IMG/VR virus record: IMGVR_UViG_3300032309_000245
Span: 641 to 64,640 of that record
Reading direction: 5' to 3' (one strand)
Length of the DNA: 64,000 bases
Source of the DNA: a virus
Lineage: Duplodnaviria > Caudoviricetes
Every line of letters begins with the position of its first letter. Within the stretch, counting starts at the first letter, position 1. The notes below the pieces were generated by a model, which searched no databases, was not told the origin of the DNA, and saw nothing but the letters and a program-made list of their open reading frames with translations. The translations under genes and the position numbers were made by a program. Positions 16,363 to 25,654 of this stretch are shown piece after piece.

Positions 16363-16932
16363 ATGACTACCATTGTTCCTCCTATCGAAGAGAACATTCC
16401 TCTTCCAGATAATGCGCGGGAAGCTTTTCCTGAGTTGACGCCTACTCAGGAATTGAACATGCGTGCGAATGTTGTGAAGCTAATGGCTGATTTGACCGGC
16501 CAAGTGCTCGCACCCACACAGGAGAACGTGGATCAAGCCAACGATTTGGCTCGTCAGATGATGGCTGACCCCAAGCACCGCCCAGAATTTGGCCGGTATC
16601 CAAATGAGACCCTTGCGTATCTCGCAGGGATGGTCGCTCAGATGAACGTATCTATCGTTGATGAGCTTTCAGACCTGAAGATGTACGTGGTCAATAGGCT
16701 GGTGATGGAGGTCGAGAACGCCAAGGACTCAAAGAATCGTATTTCTGCCCTATCTAAGCTAGGGGAAGTCGATGGCGTTGATGCGTTTAAGAAACGCAGC
16801 GAGATGACGGTCAAGGTGCAGACCATTGAAGAGGTTGAGAAAGAACTTTTGCTCACTCTAGATAGTCTAGAGTCCAAAGTAATTGATGTAGAGGCTAGAG
16901 AAATCGTAAGTAAAGATGCAACTAACTCCTGA
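16363..16932 (+). CDS. terS: Terminase small subunit (putative)
   Basis: Immediately upstream of and overlapping terL; helical, with an RISALSKLGE..GVDAF motif. Confidence 0.65.
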   Translation: MTTIVPPIEENIPLPDNAREAFPELTPTQELNMRANVVKLMADLTGQVLAPTQENVDQANDLARQMMADPKHRPEFGRYPNETLAYLAGMVAQMNVSIVDELSDLKMYVVNRLVMEVENAKDSKNRISALSKLGEVDGVDAFKKRSEMTVKVQTIEEVEKELLLTLDSLESKVIDVEAREIVSKDATNS

Positions 16933-18430
16933 AAAGCTGTTTAAGTTGCGGCAGGCTCTCCCTTCTATGCCGGAGAAGCAAAAAAGGCGCACGTTAGAGC
17001 TAATTAAGACTTACGAAGCGGGTATAACTCAGACTATTGCCCGAGATTCGTTCCTAGATTTCGTAAAACATGTCTATCCGGGCTACAAAGTAGGCCCACA
17101 CCACCTGAAATTGGCTCAAATCTTCCAAGATATAGCCAAAGGGGTGAAAAAACGCGTGATTGTTAACATCGCGCCGCGACATGGTAAGTCGGAACTCATA
17201 TCCTATCTCGCCCCAGCATGGTTTTTGGGCAAACACCCCGAGAAAAAGATCATCATGTCCTCACACACTGCCGATTTGGCAGTGAATTTTGGCCGAAGAG
17301 TGCGAAACCTAGTGGGGTCAGAGAACTATCGGGATATTTTTCCTCAGATAGAACTACAGGCTGACTCTAAATCGGCCTCAAGATGGGGTACGAACTTCAA
17401 TGGTGAATATTTTGCTATTGGTGTTGGAGGTGCTCTCGCTGGTCGGGGCGCTGATTTGTTCATTATTGACGATCCACATTCTGAACAAGAAGCTAAAACC
17501 GGACGACCCGACGTTTTTCTACCTGCTTGGGAGTGGTTCCAGTCTGGGCCTCTTCAGCGGCTTATGCCGGGTGGCGCGATCATTGTTGTGATGACCAGAT
17601 GGTCCAAATTGGACCTAACGGGGCAGATCGTGTCCCAGATGAACCGGGAAGAAGGTGTAGATAAGTGGGAAGTGATTGAGTTTCCCGCGATCAAAGATAA
17701 CGATGAGGCGTTATGGCCTGAGTTTTGGCCGATTGAGGAGCTTCTTGCTAAAAAAGCGGCTCTTGATGTGCGGTATTGGAACGCCCAATACATGCAGAAC
17801 CCTACCTCTGAAGAGGGGGCGTTAATTAAGAGGGAATGGTGGAACATCTGGGATAAAGATGATCCTCCGCAGTGCGAGTTTGTGATTATGAGTCTGGACG
17901 CGGCGCAAGAGACCAATAATAGGTCTGACTATAACGCGCTCACCACTTGGGGGGTCTTTTATAATGAAGAGACCAATAATCACGCCATTATTTTGCTCAA
18001 TGCCATCAAAAAACGGATGGAGTACCCAGACCTCAAAAAGATGGTGCTAGAGGAGTACAAAGATTGGGAGCCGGACGCGTTTATGGTGGAGAAGAAGTCT
18101 AATGGCTCTCCCCTTTACCAAGAATTTAGGCGTATGGGCATCCCGTGTCAGGAGTTTACTCCGGGTAAAGGGCAGGATAAGATAGCTAGGGTAAACGCAG
18201 TAAGTGATTTATTTGCATCAGGTATTGTTCACGCGCCTGACCGTAGGTGGGCCAAAGAAGTTATTGAAGAGTGTAATGACTTCCCAAGTGGCGCTAATGA
18301 CGACCTCGTGGACAGTACGACCCTTGCACTGTTAAGATTCAGGCAGGGTGGATTTTTGCGTTTGCCGTCAGACGAGCCAGATGAAGTATTTAGCTTCTTC
18401 AAATCACGCAAACGCGCCGCTTATTACTAA
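16916..18430 (+). CDS. terL: Terminase large subunit
   Basis: APRHGKS Walker A, FIIDDPH Walker B, VMTRW, and nuclease motifs SLDAA...VEKK...NDDLVDS. Confidence 0.96.
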   Translation: MQLTPEKLFKLRQALPSMPEKQKRRTLELIKTYEAGITQTIARDSFLDFVKHVYPGYKVGPHHLKLAQIFQDIAKGVKKRVIVNIAPRHGKSELISYLAPAWFLGKHPEKKIIMSSHTADLAVNFGRRVRNLVGSENYRDIFPQIELQADSKSASRWGTNFNGEYFAIGVGGALAGRGADLFIIDDPHSEQEAKTGRPDVFLPAWEWFQSGPLQRLMPGGAIIVVMTRWSKLDLTGQIVSQMNREEGVDKWEVIEFPAIKDNDEALWPEFWPIEELLAKKAALDVRYWNAQYMQNPTSEEGALIKREWWNIWDKDDPPQCEFVIMSLDAAQETNNRSDYNALTTWGVFYNEETNNHAIILLNAIKKRMEYPDLKKMVLEEYKDWEPDAFMVEKKSNGSPLYQEFRRMGIPCQEFTPGKGQDKIARVNAVSDLFASGIVHAPDRRWAKEVIEECNDFPSGANDDLVDSTTLALLRFRQGGFLRLPSDEPDEVFSFFKSRKRAAYY

Positions 18431-18439
18431 GGACAAAGA

Positions 18440-21043
18440 ATGGATATCGCCAAGGCGTTGTATCAAGCCCCTCAAGGACTAGATCAAATAATGAGTGGGG
18501 AAGAGGAGCCTATTGAGATCCAGATCGAAGATCCTGAATCAGTGAACATCCGCATGGGCGACGTTGAAATCGATATAGAACCAGAAGAAGACGAGGACGA
18601 ATTCAGCAAAAATTTGGCTGAAGACATGGATGAAGGCGAGTTACAGAAACTTGCCGGAGACCTGATTGGTGACTTTGATACAGACATTTCAAGCCGCAAA
18701 GATTGGATTCAGACCTACGTAGACGGTCTGGAACTCTTGGGTTTGAAGATCGAAGAGCGCATGGAGCCTTGGCCCGGAGCATGTGGTGTGTATCACCCGT
18801 TGCTTGCAGAATCCGTTGTCAAGTTCCAAGCTGAAACAATGATGGAGACCTTCCCCGCTGCGGGGCCGGTCAAAACCCAAATTATTGGGAAAGAGACTCC
18901 AGAGAAGAAAAAAGCCGCAGAGCGAGTTCGTGACGACATGAACTACCAGCTTACGGACGTAATGAAGGAATATCGCCCAGAACATGAACGGATGTTGTGG
19001 GGCCTAGGGCTGGCGGGCAACGCCTTCAAGAAAGTATATTTTGATCCATCTCTAAATCGACAAGTGTCGATGTACGTGCCCGCCGAAGATGTGGTGGTCC
19101 CGTACGGCGCGTCGAGTCTTGAGTCGGCGGAGCGTGTTACCCACGTGATGCGTAAGACTGAGAACGATGTGCGGCGGCTCCAGCACGAGGGGTTCTATCG
19201 GGACGTTGACTTGGGCGAGCCTGTCCGTACGATGGACGAGGTAGAGAAGAAAATCGCTGAGAAGTTAGGGTTCCGTGCCACTGAAGATAACCGGTTCAAA
19301 CTGTTAGAGATGCAGGTAGAGCTTGACCTGCCGGGGTACGAGCACGCGGATGAAGATGACGAGAAGACTGGGATCGCCCTGCCGTATATCGTCACAATGG
19401 AGAAGAATACAAACACCATCCTAGCGATTAGAAGGAATTGGAATCCCGACGATGAAACGCAACAAAAACGCGCTCATTTCGTCCATTACCCATACATTCC
19501 GGGCTTTGGATTCTACGCATTTGGTCTTATTCATCTTATTGGCGCTTATGCTAAGTCTGGTACTAGTATTATTAGACAGCTTGTTGATGCTGGTACTCTT
19601 GCAAACCTCCCCGGCGGATTCAAAACCCGTGGACTACGCACCAAAGGAGATGACACTCCCATCTCTCCGGGAGAGTTCCGCGACGTAGACGTACCAAGCG
19701 GTACGATCAAAGATAACCTGATGACGCTCCCATACAAGGAGCCAAGTCAGACTTTGATGGCGTTGCTTCAGCAGATCATCGAAGAAGGCCGCAGATTCGC
19801 GGGTTCGGCTCAGCTTGAGATCTCGGATATGTCCGCTCAAGCTCCGGTCGGGACAACGCTTGCCATTCTAGAGCGCACTCTGAAGATGATGAGTGCTGTT
19901 CAGGCGCGTATCCACTACGCGATGAAGCAGGAGTTCAAGCTCCTCAAAGACATCATCCGTGACTACACGCCAGAAGAGTATAGCTACGAGCCAGAAGAAG
20001 GCGACCGTAAAGCCAAGCAGTCTGACTACGATATGGTGGACGTTATCCCCGTGTCGGACCCCAACGCGGCGACGATGGCTCAGAAGGTTGTTCAGTATCA
20101 GGCTGCTCTACAGCTTGCTCAGGGAGCACCTCAGTTATACGACTTGCCGCTATTGCACCGTCAGATGTTAGAGGTTCTGGGGATTAAGAATTACCAGAAG
20201 CTGGTGCCGATTGAAGATGAGATGAAGCCGCGTGATCCGATCACGGAGAACCAGAACATTCTCCGAGGTAAACCGGTCAAGGCGTTCATGTACCAAGACC
20301 ATCAGGCGCATATTCAGGTGCATATGTCGGCTACGCAAGATCCAAAAATCATGGAGATTATCGGTAAAGATCCGGCGTTGGCGCAGAAAGTTCAGGCTGC
20401 GATGTCCGCGCATATTGCGGATCACTTGGGTATGGAGTACCGCAAACAGCTTGAGCAGCGCATGGGTATGCCGCTACCTGCGTACGAGGATGATCGTGAT
20501 GAGCAGATGATGCCACCAGAAATGGAGGTTCAGGTCTCGCAGATGGCGGCGCAAGCGGCTCAGCAGTTGTCGCAGCAGAATCAGCAAGAGGCTCAGAACA
20601 AGAAGAATCAAGAGATGGCTCAAGATCCGCTCATCATGCTCCAGAAGCAGGAGTTGGAGATCAAAGCCAAAGATCTTGAGCGTAAAGCCAAGAAGGATAG
20701 CGACGATCTGCAGGCGAAAATGGCCCAACTTCAGGTTGAAGTGCAGCGGTTGCAGGCCCAGCACGAGTTGGAGCAGCAGAAGATTGATTTGCAGCATGAG
20801 GTTGAAGGGGCTAAGACTGCGCTCAAGATGTATAGCGAGCAGAGCCAGCGAGAAGCTCAGCAGGAGCAGATGGGGCACTCAGCGGGTGTTGATCTCATAA
20901 AGCACCGTAGTCAGCTAGAACATCAGCGCGAGACTGAACGTGAAAGACGCGCACACGAGTACACGAGCGCTAAAGAAGAGCGCGAGCATCAGCAGAAACA
21001 AGCTGAACAGAAACCCAAACCTAAAAATGAGAAAGCTAAATGA
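18440..21043 (+). CDS. Portal protein (P22-like, long coiled-coil C-terminus)
   Basis: Follows terL; 867 aa; FKKVYFD and GFYAFGLIH motifs; Q/E-rich barrel-like tail. Confidence 0.9.
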   Translation: MDIAKALYQAPQGLDQIMSGEEEPIEIQIEDPESVNIRMGDVEIDIEPEEDEDEFSKNLAEDMDEGELQKLAGDLIGDFDTDISSRKDWIQTYVDGLELLGLKIEERMEPWPGACGVYHPLLAESVVKFQAETMMETFPAAGPVKTQIIGKETPEKKKAAERVRDDMNYQLTDVMKEYRPEHERMLWGLGLAGNAFKKVYFDPSLNRQVSMYVPAEDVVVPYGASSLESAERVTHVMRKTENDVRRLQHEGFYRDVDLGEPVRTMDEVEKKIAEKLGFRATEDNRFKLLEMQVELDLPGYEHADEDDEKTGIALPYIVTMEKNTNTILAIRRNWNPDDETQQKRAHFVHYPYIPGFGFYAFGLIHLIGAYAKSGTSIIRQLVDAGTLANLPGGFKTRGLRTKGDDTPISPGEFRDVDVPSGTIKDNLMTLPYKEPSQTLMALLQQIIEEGRRFAGSAQLEISDMSAQAPVGTTLAILERTLKMMSAVQARIHYAMKQEFKLLKDIIRDYTPEEYSYEPEEGDRKAKQSDYDMVDVIPVSDPNAATMAQKVVQYQAALQLAQGAPQLYDLPLLHRQMLEVLGIKNYQKLVPIEDEMKPRDPITENQNILRGKPVKAFMYQDHQAHIQVHMSATQDPKIMEIIGKDPALAQKVQAAMSAHIADHLGMEYRKQLEQRMGMPLPAYEDDRDEQMMPPEMEVQVSQMAAQAAQQLSQQNQQEAQNKKNQEMAQDPLIMLQKQELEIKAKDLERKAKKDSDDLQAKMAQLQVEVQRLQAQHELEQQKIDLQHEVEGAKTALKMYSEQSQREAQQEQMGHSAGVDLIKHRSQLEHQRETERERRAHEYTSAKEEREHQQKQAEQKPKPKNEKAK

Positions 21044-21243
21044 GTTATGAGCTTCACAAGGCCATGACGCTACTGGCTAAACGAATTGACGATAAAGTCA
21101 AACATCTTGAAGAGTCGCTAGGCGCGAAAGCAGCTAGGGATTACAACGAGTACTCGGGGATGTGTGGGGAAATTACAGGTCTCCTCACCGCTAGATCCTT
21201 CATGCAAGACCTGACGCACGACATGGAAGAACTTGATGAGTGA
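21040..21243 (+). CDS. Hypothetical protein
   Basis: Coupled to the portal gene; Y...CGEITGL motif. Confidence 0.75.
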   Translation: MSYELHKAMTLLAKRIDDKVKHLEESLGAKAARDYNEYSGMCGEITGLLTARSFMQDLTHDMEELDE

Positions 21244-21583
21244 AGATAAGGCAACACAATTGCCCAAGCCTAGCGGCTACAAGATCCTTTGCGCGATCCC
21301 CGAAGCAGAGAAAGAGTTCGAGAGTGGCATCATCAAAGCTGATGAAACTATTCGATACGACGAACTGCTGACTACCGTCCTGTTTGTGGTCTCTATGGGG
21401 CCAGATTGCTACATGGACAAAGCCAAGTTCCCCACTGGACCTTGGTGTAAACAGGGTGATTTCATCCTAATCCGCCCAAACGCGGGTACACGTTTGGTGA
21501 TTCATGGGAAGGAATTCCGAATCATCAACGACGACAATGTTGAGGGGACGGTTGAAGATCCTCGCGGCATCAAACGTAAATAA
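21233..21583 (+). CDS. groES: GroES-like co-chaperonin
   Basis: PKPSGYKIL...SGII...VVSMGPDCY...GDFIL...EFRIINDDNV. Confidence 0.85.
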   Translation: MMSEDKATQLPKPSGYKILCAIPEAEKEFESGIIKADETIRYDELLTTVLFVVSMGPDCYMDKAKFPTGPWCKQGDFILIRPNAGTRLVIHGKEFRIINDDNVEGTVEDPRGIKRK

Positions 21584-21592
21584 GGACCAGCC

Positions 21593-22543
21593 ATGCCTAA
21601 ATTTGGTGACGAATACAAATTCCCTGACGAAGAAGACAAAGTTGAAATCACTGTAGAAGGTGATGAAGAGATCACGGTGGACATCGTTGATGATGCCCCC
21701 CCAGAAGATCGCAACGTCAATCCTTTGCCAGAAGCCATCAAGGAAGATCTGGAGAAAGCCGACGAGTCAGACGACTACTCCAAAAACGTAAAGCAGAAGT
21801 TTACGCAATACAAAAAAGCATGGCATGACGAACGCCGTGCTAAAGAGGCTGCACTACGTGAACAGCAGGAAGCGCTTTCTGCGGCCCAGCGGATTCTTGA
21901 TGAAAACAACAGGCTGAAGAATATTCTCCATAACGGCGAGAAGGAGTTGATATCCACATATCAGACTACCGCCGAGATGGAATTGGACAAAGCGGAGCGT
22001 AGTTACAAGGAGGCTTATGACTCCGGTGATTCCGAGAAACTGCTTGATGCCCAAAAAGAAATTGTTCGTGCCCAGATTAAACTGGATAAAGCGAAAAACT
22101 TTCAACCTACTGTACAGCCGCAGCAAACCGATGTACAGTATCAACAACCTGTCCAACAGCAGTTAGATCCAAAGGTTGCAAACTGGGTTTCAAAGAACCA
22201 ATGGTTTGTTGATCCTAATAAGCGTGCTATGCGTAGGTATGCTGAAGGGATTCATGAGGATCTTGAATCGCGTTTTGGCAGAGGGTATATTGGCACAGAT
22301 GAATACTATGCTAATATCGACAAAGAAGTAAAAGCTAGATTTCCAGAAGAATTTGGCGGATCTTCAAAAAACGAGGCAAGTCCTCGTACAAAGCCAAGTA
22401 CGGTGGTAGCGCCAGTAAAACGCAGCACTGCTCCCAAACAAGTAGTCCTGACTAAAACCGCCGCAAATATCGCCAAAAAGCTTGGCATTACTCCTCAGCA
22501 ATACGCTAAGGAATTTCTGAAATTGGAGGCCAATAATGGCTGA
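21593..22543 (+). CDS. Capsid scaffolding protein (putative)
   Basis: Acidic N-terminus, coiled coil, and C-terminal IAKKLGITPQQYAK; upstream of the capsid genes. Confidence 0.75.
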   Translation: MPKFGDEYKFPDEEDKVEITVEGDEEITVDIVDDAPPEDRNVNPLPEAIKEDLEKADESDDYSKNVKQKFTQYKKAWHDERRAKEAALREQQEALSAAQRILDENNRLKNILHNGEKELISTYQTTAEMELDKAERSYKEAYDSGDSEKLLDAQKEIVRAQIKLDKAKNFQPTVQPQQTDVQYQQPVQQQLDPKVANWVSKNQWFVDPNKRAMRRYAEGIHEDLESRFGRGYIGTDEYYANIDKEVKARFPEEFGGSSKNEASPRTKPSTVVAPVKRSTAPKQVVLTKTAANIAKKLGITPQQYAKEFLKLEANNG

Positions 22544-22985
22544 AAGCAGACTTGAACGCGAGATGACCGTTAGGACTGAGCAGGAGCGCCCCAAAAGCTG
22601 GCGACCCGCTGAGACTTTGCCGGAGCCGGATAAACAGCCGGGATACGCGTACAGATGGGTTCGCACCGCTACTTTGAATGAGCTTGACCAACGTAACATC
22701 TCGGGAAAACTCCGCGAGGGTTGGGAGCCTGTGGCAATTGAAGAACAGCCTAAATTTCGGTTTATGGTCGATCCAAATAGCCGCTTCAAAGACAACATCG
22801 AGATTGGTGGACTATTGCTTTGCAAAACCCCCACGGAATTTGTCAAACAGCGTTCGGAATACTTTGCGGACATTACCCGTAAGCAGACTGAAGCTGTAGA
22901 CAATAATCTAATGCGCCAGAGTGACCCGCGTATGCCTATTTTCCAAGAGCGGCGTTCGTCGGTGAGCTTCGGCAAAGGCACTTAA
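22536..22985 (+). CDS. Conserved head-module protein
   Basis: PGYAYRWVR...EGWEPV...GGLLLCK; sits between scaffold and capsid genes. Confidence 0.75.
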   Translation: MAESRLEREMTVRTEQERPKSWRPAETLPEPDKQPGYAYRWVRTATLNELDQRNISGKLREGWEPVAIEEQPKFRFMVDPNSRFKDNIEIGGLLLCKTPTEFVKQRSEYFADITRKQTEAVDNNLMRQSDPRMPIFQERRSSVSFGKGT

Positions 22986-23002
22986 ATCTTTTGGAGTCTT
23001 AA

Positions 23003-23827
23003 ATGGCTTATCCAGTTGTTGACGCGCCCTATGGGCTAAAGCCGATCAATTTGATCGGTGGTCAGGTTTTTGCGGGTTCCACCCGTGATTACCCGATCAC
23101 TAATGGTTACAGCACGGCAATCTTCTACGGTGATTATGTAGGTTTGTCCCGTGGTGAAATCGTCCGTCTGTCTGTGTCTACGGGCACCGCAGGTAACCAA
23201 ACCGGTATCTTTTTGGGATGCCGTTATACCAGCCCCATCACCAAACAGTTGACTTTCTCGCAATACTGGCCCGCGTCAACTGCGGCTGGTGATGCAGTAG
23301 CTATTGTTGCTGACGATCCTGATCAAGTGTTCAAGGGCGTTGTTTGCTCTGCTACTACCGCTGTTGCTTCTGGCGCTCGCGCCATGATCGGCCAAAACTT
23401 GGCTATGATCAACAACACGGGTAGCACTGCAACCGGCAATTCCAAGAACGCTATCTTGGCTCCTAGTGATACTCCCGCCACCACTTCGTCTTTGCCCGTT
23501 CGCGTGCTTGGCTTGGTGCCTGATACGTCTGTTTCTCTGGGAACTGCAACCTACACCAGCATTTCGACTGCTACTGTGACTTGTTCGGCTTTGCCGTTCG
23601 CGTTGCCAGTGGGTACTGATGTTGGCTCGATAGACTCGAACGGCAATTATGTTTCTTCGGGTTCTTTTGTTGACACCGCCGCTTCTGCCGGTGCTACCTC
23701 GTTTATTTTGAACCAAGCTCCTGTTGCTACTTTGAACTCAACTATTGTGTTCATTCAGTACCCAGAGATTCTGGTCAAGATCAACTTTGGTCAGCATCAG
23801 TATTATGCTGGCACCAGCATCGCCTAA
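23003..23827 (+). CDS. Capsid cement/decoration protein (putative)
   Basis: APYGLKP...IFYGD...DDPDQVF; beta-rich; directly upstream of the major capsid gene. Confidence 0.65.
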   Translation: MAYPVVDAPYGLKPINLIGGQVFAGSTRDYPITNGYSTAIFYGDYVGLSRGEIVRLSVSTGTAGNQTGIFLGCRYTSPITKQLTFSQYWPASTAAGDAVAIVADDPDQVFKGVVCSATTAVASGARAMIGQNLAMINNTGSTATGNSKNAILAPSDTPATTSSLPVRVLGLVPDTSVSLGTATYTSISTATVTCSALPFALPVGTDVGSIDSNGNYVSSGSFVDTAASAGATSFILNQAPVATLNSTIVFIQYPEILVKINFGQHQYYAGTSIA

Positions 23828-23840
23828 GGAGTAACTTAAA

Positions 23841-24752
23841 ATGGCAATTTCACGCGCCCAACTACTTAAGGAACTCCTGCCGGGGCTTAATGCTCTGTTT
23901 GGTTTGGAGTATTCCCGCTACGGCGAAGAGCACAAGGAAATCTACGAAATCGAGAGTTCCGAGCGTTCTTTTGAAGAAGAGACCAAGCTTTCGGGCTTCT
24001 CCGCTGCACCAGTCAAAAACGAAGGCGCTGCCATCGCTTATGACAATGCACAGGAAGCTTGGACGGCTCGCTACAACCACGAAACCATTGCTCTGGGTTT
24101 CTCGCTGACCGAAGAGGCCATCGAGGACAACCTGTACGACAGCTTGTCTGCTCGTTACACCAAAGCTCTGGCTCGTGCGATGGCTTACACCAAGCAGGTG
24201 AAAGGTGCTTCGGTTCTAAACAACGGCTTCAATTCTGCCTATCTTGGCGGCGATGCACGGCCTTTGTTTAGCACGACGCATCCGCTGGTTTCTGGTGGCA
24301 CCAACAGCAACACGCCTTCTACTCAGGCTGACCTGAACGAAACTTCGTTGGAAAACGCGGTTATTCAGATCGCTGCGTGGACGGACGAACGTGGTCTGCT
24401 GATCGCTGCTAAGCCTAAGAAGCTGGTCATCCCACCCGCGCTTCAGTTCGTTGCTACCCGTCTGTTGGAAACCAGCCTGCGCGTTGGTACGACTGACAAC
24501 GATATCAACGCTCTGAAGAACAACGGTTCGATCCCAGAAGGGTACACTCAGAACCACTTCTTGACCGATACGAACGCATGGTTCCTTACCACTGATGTTC
24601 CTAACGGCATGAAGATGTTCGAGCGTATTCCACTGTCCAATAGCATGGACGGTGACTTCGACACGGGTAACGTCCGTTATAAGTCCCGCGAGCGTTATTC
24701 GTTCGGCTGGTCTGATCCGCTTGGAATGTACGGTTCTTCCGGTTCAAGCTGA
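23841..24752 (+). CDS. Major capsid protein
   Basis: MAISRAQLLKELLPGLNALFG...PKKLVIPPAL...RERYSFGWSDP. Strong AAGGAG RBS, biased codons, followed by a terminator. Confidence 0.92.
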   Translation: MAISRAQLLKELLPGLNALFGLEYSRYGEEHKEIYEIESSERSFEEETKLSGFSAAPVKNEGAAIAYDNAQEAWTARYNHETIALGFSLTEEAIEDNLYDSLSARYTKALARAMAYTKQVKGASVLNNGFNSAYLGGDARPLFSTTHPLVSGGTNSNTPSTQADLNETSLENAVIQIAAWTDERGLLIAAKPKKLVIPPALQFVATRLLETSLRVGTTDNDINALKNNGSIPEGYTQNHFLTDTNAWFLTTDVPNGMKMFERIPLSNSMDGDFDTGNVRYKSRERYSFGWSDPLGMYGSSGSS

Positions 24753-24757
24753 TAGAA

Positions 24758-24790
24758 GAAAAGGGGGCCAAAAGCCCCCTTTTCTTTTTT
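24758..24790 (+). terminator. Intrinsic terminator after the major capsid gene
   Basis: GAAAAGGGGGC-CAAAA-GCCCCCTTTTC followed by TTTTTT. Confidence 0.9.
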
Positions 24791-24814
24791 ATATGTATGT
24801 GTTATAAAGTGGCA

Positions 24815-24893
24815 TACCTAGACCACCCGACTTGCTAACTGACTAGGCAGACTCTCCTCAAGAGATAGCAAGTTTTGATTTGAGGACTTTATT
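24815..24893 (+). ncRNA. Candidate structured 5' leader RNA (pseudoknot)
   Basis: Complementary pairs 24817-21/24843-47, 24830-37/24866-73, 24853-56/24862-65 and 24855-61/24880-86 (the last covers the RBS). Confidence 0.5.
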
Positions 24894-25376
24894 ATGGGTT
24901 TCGCTTCCCACCTTGGCCCTTGGCTGCTTGGCACTAACAAGTACACAACGGGCACGACTTCTGGCACGATCCAGAACATGGGCGCAACGATTGTTGCCCA
25001 GACTGACAGAGTTACATTTGCTGATACAACGGCGACCAATGCAGCGGTGCTCCCTGCTGGAGCTTGCATTACTGCTGTTCAGCTTGTTATTGATAGTGTT
25101 GTGTTTAACGGCACTTCGCCTACGCTGACTATTAAAAACGGCACCACGACGATTGGTACGATCACGCCTACTTCTGGTACTGGTGGTACATACGCAATGA
25201 CCGCCACCACTACGGTTGCAGATGCTGCGCTAATTACCAACGTCGGTGCTACGGATGCGATTATCACTGTTACGGTTAGCGGCACAACGGTGACGACCGG
25301 TTCTGGCACATTGATTATTGCTTATATCGTCCGTGGCTCTGACGGCGCGATGTACCCAACCAGCACCCAAAACTAA
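24894..25376 (+). CDS. Virion structural protein (Thr-rich, decoration-like)
   Basis: GAGG RBS; beta-rich; located after the capsid gene. Confidence 0.7.
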   Translation: MGFASHLGPWLLGTNKYTTGTTSGTIQNMGATIVAQTDRVTFADTTATNAAVLPAGACITAVQLVIDSVVFNGTSPTLTIKNGTTTIGTITPTSGTGGTYAMTATTTVADAALITNVGATDAIITVTVSGTTVTTGSGTLIIAYIVRGSDGAMYPTSTQN

Positions 25377-25389
25377 GTAGGGGGCTGTA

Positions 25390-25653
25390 ATGGCTAAAAC
25401 TAATTACAGTCCCACTTTCCCGATGTTTCCGGGTGGGGCTACGACCTTCACCAAGAGCGACACCATCAATCTTCCCACCCCATCAGTCATTTATGTTGGC
25501 GGGGCGGGAAGCACCGGCACGGTAAGGGTACTCACCGCACAGGGTGATGACGTTACTTTTATCGGCTTGACGGCGGGAAGTGTGGTCCCTGTACAAGTAA
25601 TCCGGGTGTTTAACACCACGACAGACGCGACCAATCTGCTGCGGATTTACTAA
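25390..25653 (+). CDS. Small virion protein
   Basis: IYVGGAG...GSVVPVQVIRV..T.T.AT motif typical of small phage structural proteins. Confidence 0.7.
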   Translation: MAKTNYSPTFPMFPGGATTFTKSDTINLPTPSVIYVGGAGSTGTVRVLTAQGDDVTFIGLTAGSVVPVQVIRVFNTTTDATNLLRIY

Positions 25654-25654
25654 A

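Noticed and set aside
21233-21583. GroES without GroEL as a novelty
   Set aside because: Phage-encoded co-chaperonins that use host GroEL are well known (for example T4 gp31).
24730-24760. Programmed frameshift or readthrough extending the major capsid protein
   Set aside because: Tandem stops (TGA TAG) are followed immediately by a terminator, and I saw no slippery heptamer.
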